A stretch of 64,000 bases of DNA, taken from Ophelia neglecta (lineage: Eukaryota). The DNA lies in NCBI GenBank assembly GCA_965285935.1, contig OZ260662.1:74152001-74216000 (forward strand). The letters run 5' to 3'. A program made the position numbers and the translations under genes. Under the pieces are notes generated by a model. That model was not told the DNA's origin, searched no databases, and worked only from the letters and a program-made list of their open reading frames with translations. Shown here one piece after another: positions 53,701 through 64,000 of the stretch (within the stretch, counting starts at the first letter, position 1; the number at the start of each line of letters is the position of its first letter).

Positions 53701-55540
53701 AAAAACCAATAAGATCGGGCAGAATTCCTTAGGTATGCCATGAGCTGCAGGCACACTAACTAACTATATTCACTTTCTTTGTGTCTTTATCCAGAGACTC
53801 TGAGACTCTCAGTGGGTGCCTATCGTATATATTTTGCGCACACATCATTTGCAAATGAAAAGTAAACATATAAGCTCAATGTATGAGAACCGGAAGTTCC
53901 AATATTGATCCTTTTGCGGATAAAACTCTACACTTTTCTTTCGTTTTGGTTTTCACAATGAACGATATTATTACAGAGTCTGTATGGATCTTATTATGTC
54001 ATAGACAATCTAATCTTGAAATTACAATTTGGAAAAGAATTCCTTGACAATTAACTGTTCCGGTTTGCGAGATGAGATCAGTCCAAAAACTCGCTGATTA
54101 CCTGGAAAAGGTTGGTTTTCACCTTTTAATGAAAAGAATGTTGTGATTTAGTTTTACAAACTGTTTTAAAACTAGATCCCCCAGAAAACAGGTGCATTGA
54201 ATGTTAATTTCAGTCCAGGAAAAACTTAGTGGTGAGCTCCTATATGTTCAAGAACGGAGAATGTGGAGGTTTACCAGTGATGGAAGACCCAAAAGCTTCG
54301 TCTTCATGGAAGCCAACGCAATGCTAAAGCAGTCTGCAACTACTTTTATTGAATACATGTATTTATGACTGGGAGGTGACTGCCACTTGAGCAATAAAAT
54401 GTTTACAGGCATGATTATTCACCGCCTCACAGGATACACACAATACCTATCTCAGTTTGATGCATTCTGGACAGTAGCGAAGGAAACCATTAAATATTTG
54501 AGTTTTTACGTTGGCGCTTGCCCAGTCAGAGACTTGACACTTGATACTGTGTTCGTATGCCGTCTTCAGGATCTCGAGCAGGGTGGAATTTAAACAGTGT
54601 TGACATGTGCGAGTAACATTGCTGAGGGAGTAGATGATCACACATGCAGCTGTGCAACGGGCTCGGACAATGAATAAGCATGCAAGTATATGCAAGTATA
54701 ACCTAAACATTGCCAAAATACTAAAAAGTTATGTGAATGGGGTCAGTCCAAAATCAGTTCTCCAACATGGTCAGATCATGAGCTAAAGGAGCCAAACTCG
54801 CGCATTTTTGGAAATTTAGTCAGCAATCCTTCTCTACTTACATTGAAGGCACCAAGTATAAACCTATTTGTGTGTATTGATGTATTGAGCACTGTTTTGG
54901 AAAGGATGCATTTTATAGATGAGATCGTTTAAAGGCGGGCGATGCTTTTTATCATATCAGAATTAGTTACGAACAATGTAAATATTTTCTTTGCACTTGA
55001 AAGTTGAACATACAATTAAACACAATTATTTCAAAATTAGTATTCAACTTTACATATGGATACAAATACATCTCATCTTTCCCAAGAGTCCATACAGGCT
55101 GGCTACGTTTTGACGTTTTGTTTTACTTTTTAACTGGCTACAGTCTTTTATTTCTTTTTCATGTTTTATATATACGCCTAGTTACATTAATGTCGACATC
55201 AAAAGACTAAAAGCAACTAAAGACAAAAATCTCGCAATGTTGTATAAAATAAACCTGATTAAAATAATGAAATATAATTGAGACTGTAGTAGCACATCTA
55301 GAGTGTAGCGGTGTGCTCTTTGCAATTGATTTATTGTCCAAGTCCTGTCCTCAGTGTAATGGTTTCATTACTAATTCATGAAACTTAATTGCCTCTCCAG
55401 GTCCTCATCAGAATACTATGTTCAGTAACAAAGGGGTTTGCTTAGGTAGATTTATTACAGCAACCATTTCCCCCATTAAAAGACTACAGCGAATGGTTGA
55501 TTGTTAAATCATTGTACCACCTGTCCTCAATCAACCTCCA

Positions 55541-55749
55541 AGGGACACGCCATTAGATAACCAGAGGGGGGGGGGTTGAAAATGGAAATGTGGAAACAAG
55601 TTAGTTTCCAAACTTCTGAAGAAGAAAGAAGTTGGTACGGTTCAACAAAAAAACTGCTCGTTAATGGTTAAATTTTTTTAACGTTTTTGTTCTTCTGCTC
55701 CCTCCCCCCCCCCCCACCACCACCGTTATCTAACGGCGGGACAGGCCTT
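55541..55749. mobile_element. Decayed PIF/Harbinger-like MITE
   Basis: Inverted ends cgccattagataac (55548-55561) / gttatctaacggcg (55725-55738) match at 13/14, with internal poly-G and poly-C subterminal tracts. Confidence 0.5.
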
Positions 55750-57824
55750 ATTTGAACCAACTTTTATCGCAGGGTCAGTCATGCTGACTTAAATATGTCA
55801 TCATTTCGGATGACATAACCGTCCCCGGAAAATCTCGCCATAATTCCGGTAAATCGTGGGCGAATACAACAACCCCATCGACGACCGAAGTATGCTAGCC
55901 GTACTTGCCTATTAATCCATCGACAGTCCATGGTTTCTTCGGATTATTGATAAGGAATCTTTCGCGCCTACTGTGGCTTCCGAAAGCAGATAAATCAGAT
56001 ACATCACCTGCTTCCATCGAGAGACCCAAAAGAACTTGAGCTTCTTAGATGAATATATGAACCTTTGCTAGTAAATTCCTAATAACAAAATACTAATCAT
56101 GCTTAATTTAAAAGGATGCGAAGAATATCTCAAAACGGGCGGCTGAAATCATACATACTCCTGAAATTGCCATAGTCTAATCTAAAACTGTTGCACATAG
56201 ACTACTTGTTTTAAAATCGAATGATGCAGCAAGGTGTCTTTAAAGGTAACAAGATGACATTTTCTGACAAAGATATCGCCTATACGATAGGCCTACAAGG
56301 CTTATTCTTAAAATTGTGGCAGGGTATTTTGGACCAATGACGTTCCTGCCGACCAGCATACTTGAAACCAGAATACAACATTTGATTTCAGATACGAGAC
56401 ATAGATACGATATTAGAGGTTAATTTGTAAGGCCCAGCAAATGGGCTTAATCAACCAACTGTTCCCATTTCTATTTCAAATGGCTTCGCGCCGCGTAGTT
56501 GGCCAGCAGCAGCTATTATAACGGGCGTGGGCTTGCCACTCGGCTTGTCAACTAAGCCTGCTCGCCCTGCAATTAAGAAGTCCAGATTGGGTGGGTGTGT
56601 CGGGGGGGGGGGGGAGGGGAGGGAAGGGAAGGGTTCGGAATAACTACACTCCAAACTTTAAGACATGCAGTGTGAAAGTGTGCGAGTGGCGCGGGGGGTG
56701 GGGGAAGGGAGTGAGTGGAATACGTGCATGCCCCCCCCCCCCCCCCCCCATCATTCTACACGTCGTGGACGTTACCCACATTTAAAAAATATGTGAAGTA
56801 TTACAATAGCCTAGCGTGCATAGCCCTCGACCGCCCATGGTTCCTGCGGATTATTGATTACTATATCTGAGCGGTTGTACTAGAACAAATATTGGCAGAT
56901 TTTACCTAAGTAAATTGATAGCATAAGAACTTCCAGGCGGAAACGTCTAATATCAAAACTACTGACATTTTATCGTCCTTCTTTCTCTTTAGTTATCTTG
57001 CGTATTCAGCCATGCATTTGCTCCCATGCGCCTTCAGACCCAGCCTGCATGATATATAACTACATTGCTCTAAGGAACACGTGTCTGCTGGATGAAAGAT
57101 CCGTATATCGTTGAGTAGCATATCTCGACAAGTGGCTTTTTCTCCAAGAGAATTGAGTGGGTTAGTTTTTGTGAGCTATAATTAAGTAATATTATCTAGA
57201 TGTGCGACCTTAGTCGCTCGATTGAGATGGCAGGTGGAGGAGTTACCTGGCTAAGGGACGCCCATGTGGACAGCTGGCACAACTAGACAATTTGTTTGTG
57301 GGCGATAGTTGGAGGGAAAACCATTTCGTTTCCCAACTTCCGAAGGAACTGGATTGTTTGTTTTGTCAAAATTTAGTGAAATTTAGGTGCGTGAAAACAA
57401 ACCTCACGGCAATCTTCACTATAGGTTAAGCGCGTAATTTGAACAGAAAAATTCGTTAGCAATTAATTTCTAACCCCGACCACCTATGTTTGTGGACTAC
57501 TTACAAATTAAGAATAGCGACCCCATTTTATCCGAATATTGGGAAAATTAGTAGGCAAAAGGCGGCCAAGTTCAGCGTCTGTACACGAGGGTTGGTCGGT
57601 CGCGATTGACAGATGGGGCCTGGGAACATCTCCCACTTTGGACCTTTCACTGCAAATCCCTTTGAAGACGCCTCGCTGGGTGCTCTTCGGCTGGGTCGTG
57701 ATAAACAAATATGTCTAGCATTTGTTTCGTACATACCGATACACAAGCAAACAACACATAAAACAGAATGTGGCTCTTGATGTGGGAACCTTCTTACTTA
57801 TATCAAATGTTGTAACCCATTACG

Positions 57825-58056
57825 ACGGGTCAGGGTAAAGCGCTTATCAGAGCGCTGTCGATCACCAGGGGTCACTGTATACTGTTTACGCTGAATACGA
57901 AACCAACCAGCATGGCTTCGGAAAAGAGCTAACCTTCGCTGACATCATTCGCTGACAATGCCTAAAGAGGGCATTGGGCCCACTGTCACAAGTAGGCACC
58001 GTGGCTATATGACCATATAAGTGTTGAAAGCCACGTAAAACCCAAACAACAACAAC
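57825..58056 (+). mobile_element. tRNA-derived SINE-like element
   Basis: Degenerate A/B-box-like head (ggtcagggtaaagcgct...gtcgatcacc). The 3' end atatgaccatataagtgttgaaagccacgtaaaaccc plus a (CAA)n tail resembles invertebrate SINE 3' ends. Confidence 0.55.
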
Positions 58057-58834
58057 TGACAAAATTGCTCTTATCAAAGAACATGAAAAATCCGGTAAGA
58101 GTCAAAATGCTTTGTCTCAGAGTTTGTTGAGACTTTAGAAGAGAATGCCAAAGCTGGTCGAGAGAGGCGCTGCAACTGGGCAGGAGAATTCGACGAAGTT
58201 AACCTGTTGACATCGCCATGGATCATCAGGACCATAAGTGGCCAGTGATAGGGAAACTCGATTTGATGCAAAAAGATTGTGACATTTTAATGATGTACAC
58301 ACGATGCGGTCTGAATGCCTACATTTCACTGTACACTCATGATCGACCTTGCTACACAACCACAGTTTTTTTTTAACTCGCTCATGTCTATTAAGTTTAC
58401 TTGTATTCTTTCTTAAATTACTAAAGAAAGAAACTAATTAATCAATTAATTAATAATTATGTGATTAAGGAAATAAAATAACAAAAATTGAATTATTAAA
58501 GATATAAATAATACTTCGAAATATCGATAAATGGTGCTCAGAATCATCAATGTTTACACGAAGTGCCTTCTAATTCAGAAACAATCAGCATACATTCCCG
58601 AGATACGAGATCGTCGTAACAAGGTGTTCTGTTATAACTAAATTAATTAATCACGTTAGACCTATATAAATGACACGGACACACATCAATGATCACATAA
58701 AACAGGTTTTTGGAAAGTCAAACTCAATAGGTTCTTATTATATTTGTATAGTTAGTAATACAAATACATACTGCCTCGAACAGAATTAGGCATGGCTATA
58801 TTCACAACAAACACAAATAAACGGCATACTTAAA

Positions 58835-58920
58835 GGATATCGCGTTCACAAATTCGCTCCGACGCGTGGACAGATCGAAACTATTGCCTGCACCGGCGCC
58901 TTGTGGCGGAGGCATGAAAT
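58835..58920 (-). mobile_element. Helentron-associated (DINE-1/HINE-like) element 5' fragment
   Basis: Minus strand reads tttcatgcctccgccacaaggcgccggtgcaggcaatagttt...tctgtcc...ttgtgaacgcgatatc. This combines a subterminal inverted repeat, a TGTCC remnant and the TGTGAACGCGATATC block typical of HINEs. Confidence 0.5.
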
Positions 58921-59548
58921 TTAAATATAAATACACATATATATATATATATAATCCCTCTTTACAGGGCAGTTCAACAGTATGTCTGTGATATACATAT
59001 ATATAAATGAGAAATTTACACTTGCATAATGAACAACTTCGATTTTCCCAGCAAGCGAAATAAGATCTGAAATTTCCAATAAAGCACATAACGTGATTGA
59101 TGTCCTTTTATACAATTATGTATGTATTGAACGAGAAAAGAATAGAACATGGTACTAATTATTCAATTTTTTCTTTGCTCAATGCATTATCTCGGACGGC
59201 GTTTCCATGTGTTGGCTGTTCTGTGCGTTTGACCTGGGTAATAGGGAAAAAATGTACGCTCGTAAGCGCATTGCATTGTGGGTAGTTTCTCATATAAATA
59301 AGAATGGCTGGGAACTGGCCGCTGACCTCGTCTTAGTACAAGGGGATGGTGTCCTTGCTTTAGCGCCTACAGTGAAAAACATGTCAAATAATTCATTAAT
59401 ATATTTGGCCGTGTGCAGCTGTAGGGTCCTGTCCAAACACCGAACCTTTGTCTGACCGAGAAACGCCACGGAAGCACTGCTGATGCTGCCCTGTCATGTA
59501 TCCCATTATCTCCACAATTCTATAATCAAATGAATACACCTGATCGCC

Positions 59549-59779
59549 GGCATACTGGAAAACCTATTACGAGACACGAGGGAAATACGAGATACACAGA
59601 TACGGAGAAAATAAGATTGAGTTGGGTTATGACAGGGTTAGGGGTAGGGTTAAGCTAGCAACCTAGCTGGAACATTCAATCCTTAATCCTTCACCCTGAC
59701 CCTAACCTAGTCCATATGGCTACGTTTTAAACACCTCGTATCTCGTATCTGTGTCTCGTATCAGGTTTTCCAGTATGCC
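59549..59779. mobile_element. Intact 231-bp MITE, Mutator (MULE)-like
   Basis: Perfect 17-bp TIR GGCATACTGGAAAACCT / AGGTTTTCCAGTATGCC, extending imperfectly to ~45 bp. Perfect 9-bp TSD CTGATCGCC at 59540-59548 and 59780-59788. Confidence 0.93.
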
Positions 59780-62166
59780 CTGATCGCCAGTTCTTATGCA
59801 CCGCATTTCTGGAAGATACTGCATGACTTGCCAAGGACGTCTCGCCTAACGCATCTACTAAACAAAGTAGCCATATAAAAATGTTCCCCTGTAGGCTGTC
59901 TCTTTGTTATTTGCCACTTTAGTTCAAATATTTCATCCCCACCACTTAGGACTATGTCACGAGTGTTTGCCTGAAAGTGATATTGTTGCCAACTGTAAAA
60001 TAGGGCAAACAGGCCGTGCTTTTCTCCCAAACCGGATAAAGAGACGGGCTGTTTGCAATAAGCATGTAAAGCGACCGAAAGAAGTTAAGTTCTGTATGAG
60101 CCCTGCCCTGTAGCGAAGGTACCCTACGATCTTTTCCAATGAATATCTGAGCTGATGCCTCGTTTAGGTGGCTGGCAAAATTACCTCATAAGAACAGATC
60201 AGCATACAAACTTCTTGGCTTGCTGAAATCAATTAATATCCTAGAGACCACCAAATAGACCTACATATAAGTATGTGGTGACCACGGTTGTATTGTATGT
60301 AACTGTGCAATGTACGGGAGAGCAGTGAGCCCGTTCGGGCAGCGAACCACGTTAATGCCTTTTCAAAGATCTGCCTAATATTTGTTATACCAACGTTTAA
60401 AAGCTCTTATACGAGTGTTACTTTGCCGACTTTACCTTTCTTGGCATTTTTTACCAAGTAGACCTCGGCGGTCGTTGGACCCCTCCCCCCCTCCCCCCCT
60501 CTCCCCGCTACATAGGCTCATTGCAATGCAACCCATTCCCACAAGGTGAGATTATATGGTTTTTGCAGTTGTTTTTGACTACAATAGCTTTTAGTGTGTT
60601 TATTTTTCTTAAACGTTTTTCCTGCCACAGAACACCTTACCTAATTGAACGAATGGATATCTTACTTATTGAATAAAATGCTCTCCATCTAATGAATGCT
60701 ATAGTTTGGACTGATGCATGAATGCTAGTTTTCAACAGACGGGGAACTGCATTACGCAAATTGAATTTCTGGTACGCTCATTTGCAAAGGGGTCTTTCTG
60801 TGTTTCCCCTCTAGTTAATATTTTGACATTTGAAACTTCACAGCACAGCGTTTGCAGGCAATTTATTAAGGCCTAACGACAGATATCAGGGAAGAGGTCA
60901 AATGAAATTGTCAGCAAGTAAAAATTTAGAAATTTCTTTTCCAGAAATAGAAGACATGTTTGTGTTATTTTGTCAACTATGTAACAACCTACAGTTAATA
61001 ATGCGAATCCTTCCATTTTGTTAATTAAACAATAATATTCAGTGCACGTGGCATAACCACTAAGCAGGTACTAGTACATTTGTCAAATGGTGTACAATCA
61101 TAATTTTTGATGATTATAAATCTTCAGAAAATAATCATTTGTGGGTTCTGACCGTCATTCTATTCATTGTATGTGCATTAATGATTCGGCTAAAGTTTCT
61201 TCCTGTCTTTTTGCACACGATAATAATGTATCTATTACTGAAAGAAAAAAACTTGACTCGTTGATTGATTAAAAAAACAGGAAGAATAAGATAAGAAGAG
61301 TTTATGTAATTATGATAAAGAATCATTTCATGATTATACCTTCAAAGAGAAAGTCTTTTCCTTGTTTGTTTTTTTTTTATGCTAGGGTGAGGCTATTTCT
61401 AAGTTGTGTAACTTGTTGTCAAACCCATTGCTTGTTACTGGCAATAAAATATGTTTAAATCAAAGTCTTTTCCAACTGACAGTACTTAGTATTGAATAGG
61501 TGTATCAGTTTTTTTCTCAGGTGGATGACTGAACAACACAAACATTTTCCCACAAGTGAATTATATATGCCAAAGGGTTACTACATGGGATGTTAGTGGA
61601 ATTGGAACGGGGAAGACAATTTAAGATGTTGGTTTTGAAAAACCACTTGATAAAATCTGATGGTACTCTGTAGATTGTTGCCACATTTGTAAATTAAACC
61701 TTTCTGTTGATTTATTGTTATCTGTGTGTAAAATCAATCTTTCTTTTCTTTTTACCATTAGATTTTCTCCTGGTAACATTAAAGAAGCCTACATTGTGCA
61801 CCAATTCTGCTACAGTTCTGCGGTATCGTCTGCTTATTTATGCAAATGCAAACTGATAGGTGTTTACCTCCATTTGCCATTGTTTAATTTGAGTTTGTTT
61901 TGTTAATTACAATTTTGATGTAATCTTTATGGGATGTTTATATAAATAGTTTGATTTTATGCATTCATACTTCGATCCCCCTTCGGTCTGATCAGCCCAT
62001 GACAATGACCATGTACTTTTGGCATGGTTACCTAGTTACTGGGAAAATGCAGAAGGCGAGAGGGCTTAGTGCAGAACAGTATTAAAGACCAAACGTAGGA
62101 TACTGGTGCAGACATAAAATGTATGCAGGCCAGCTTACGTTTGTTTGACTTTCATTCCTACGACTT

Positions 62167-62716
62167 ATGTACTCTTTTAAGGTTAATCATTCTCACCGCA
62201 CAAGGGGCATTGTGCATAATATTATTTTACCTAGGGTTGGCTCTTTTGGGCAGTCTAGCTTTTTCTATGTTGGCGCCAATTTATGGAACAATTTGCTAGT
62301 AAATATAAAATCATCAACTGGAATATCCCAATTTAAACTCAGTCTGAAAAGATTGTATATGAGTTGCATGCATAAAAGTGAATTATCAGATTTTGTATTT
62401 TTCTAGTCATTATGTGATTGTACATGTATGTGATATATATTTATTTGATTTGGCATGTGTATCCTATGTAATTCACTTGGCATGTGGGATAATTGGTTTT
62501 ACTGGCATCTGTATCTATTTGAGGGACCACTATGGAATAAGACTCTTCTAGAGACTTTATGGTGTCATCCTGTTTCGTATGTGATATAGTGTCTACAAAG
62601 GCATTTCCTATGTGCCAGAGCTTTCTGCTGTGATATACTTGCCTCCTTTGTTTTTACACTAGTCATTTTATGTATTTTTATTTGTACGAAACAAAAATAA
62701 ATCAATCAATCAATCA
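62167..62716 (+). mobile_element. 5'-truncated LINE (L2/CR1 group): ORF2 C-terminus, 3' UTR and (ATCA)n tail
   Basis: 62167-62406 encodes HSHRTR..LPRVGSFGQSSFFYVGANLWNNL..NIK...QFKLSLK, the characteristic post-RT C-terminus of L2/CR1-group ORF2. AATAAA at 62696 is followed by (ATCA)4 at 62701-62716. Confidence 0.85.
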
Positions 62717-64000
62717 AAATAAATATCTAACATGCTTCGAGCGATATTTTTCTTCTTTAAGGCATATCGTAACTTGAAGGCTAGAAACATTTACAAGCGA
62801 TAGAAGAAATTAAACGGGCGAGCTGAGAGGATCGTGTTGTCTGTTCAACCGTTTTACTCGGGGCAATAATTATTTCCTAGAGCACTGTGAATGTCAAATG
62901 GTTTGCTTTTTTTTTGTAATTTCTCAGGAGAAACTAGTCTGTCTTAGTTATGGAAACTCTGTGTATTATCTATTATTTATTTTGAGGTAGTTCTCTGCGC
63001 AGCAAGTCTTGTTTAGATGGATGTGAGTTCGACATCCGAAACTTGGCCAATTAGGGACAAAAGATGAACAAAGGGCACCTCGTTTCCATAAATCACACCT
63101 TTCCTTTATGCAGAGCTAGGGAAATCGGGTGCTTGTGCTGTAGGCCCTATACAGAATCGCAATCAAACAGAACTTCTTCACCGGGACACCCAGTAATAGA
63201 CTGCGAGCTTTTAAACCAATGTCTCTCTCTCGCTAAATCTATCATAGCCCAGTTTTAGAAGTTCCGCGACTCGCCAACACCTCTTAACTTGTGTGAAAAG
63301 GCTTCGGTCAAATATGGAGGTATGGCTTCAGGGTTGAAGTTATAGGGGATCGGTGTGACAAACCATCACATAGGGGGGGGGGGGGTAAACTTAGTCTACT
63401 GGAGATAGAAGAAGAAATACGTTTAGGAACCTTGATGTCCTGAAGCCGAAGACGTGTATGGTAGATCGGCATGCAGAAATGTATGTCATATTGAAAAATG
63501 TGTGGTTCTAATTAAGACATACATGACAAGGATTTCCACAAGGAGACACACGGATGTCACACGGATGATATTTGTACATTGTCAGTAGTCTCATGTGAAA
63601 TGAGTCCACATCCATCCATTTAGCAGGCCTGCACAAAGTGACCTCGCGATTCTCTTTCCTCTGATCATCTTCGCTCCCACGCCGAGAGAGTGATACCCTT
63701 TGCCCTTAAAGTGTAGCCCTCCCTCCTCGCCCTTGGCAGCCGAACATAACCCGGCTACAAATGATACAAACTTCGCCCGCTTTCCATTTTTTCAACAAAA
63801 ACCTTTGTCATTTGCAAAGCCGTCCATCCTGCAAATGGGCATTTTCTCAGTTTAGGACTGACTGTTCTTTATTGGGTGTGGGGTCCATTATCAATATTTG
63901 AGACAACTCTTTCAGATACATTGGTCCGGGAATAACAATGCATTTAGCAATAAGACCTACACAAAAGAACATTTTTAAGATTTCTTCTGCCTTAATTTAC

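Noticed and set aside
10429-55450. Candidate phase-1 second exons after acceptors at 10428, 24008, 34214, 51971, 54213 and 55400
   Set aside because: They run into stops or give short unrecognisable peptides with weak or absent donors; none can be supported without transcript data.
1-64000. tRNA, rRNA, snRNA genes and the remaining 60-150 aa ORFs
   Set aside because: GTTCGA-like hits lack cloverleaf context and no rRNA/snRNA signatures were seen. The short ORFs have random-like composition at the density expected by chance.

Overview
This is AT-rich (roughly 38% GC by eye), gene-poor eukaryotic DNA rather than prokaryotic sequence. I see no operons, long unique ORFs, rRNA/tRNA genes or CRISPR array. 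Frequent poly-G/poly-C tracts, excess TAGGCCTA, MITEs and L2/CR1-type LINE tails suggest a marine invertebrate, plausibly an echinoderm (inference). The only convincing host-gene element is a + strand exon (7729-7926) ending in a signal-peptide-like sequence and a phase-1 GTAAGT donor, preceded by promoter-like DNA; no downstream exon could be identified, so most of the window may be one large intron or regulatory desert. The rest comprises five minisatellites (27/54, 18, 33, 46 and 41 bp periods), which account for the longest ORFs, one intact 9-bp-TSD MITE, several decayed MITE/SINE/HINE/LINE pieces, a possible decayed tyrosine-recombinase (DIRS/Ngaro-like) fragment and several motif-dense candidate cis-regulatory islands. 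I did not find a clearly supported novel biological system. The most unusual structures are a 2-kb array that keeps a 27-bp period across three different repeat families next to the recombinase-like remnant, and an interleaved inverted-repeat structure at 30.16-30.91 kb. All family assignments are by eye and need database confirmation.
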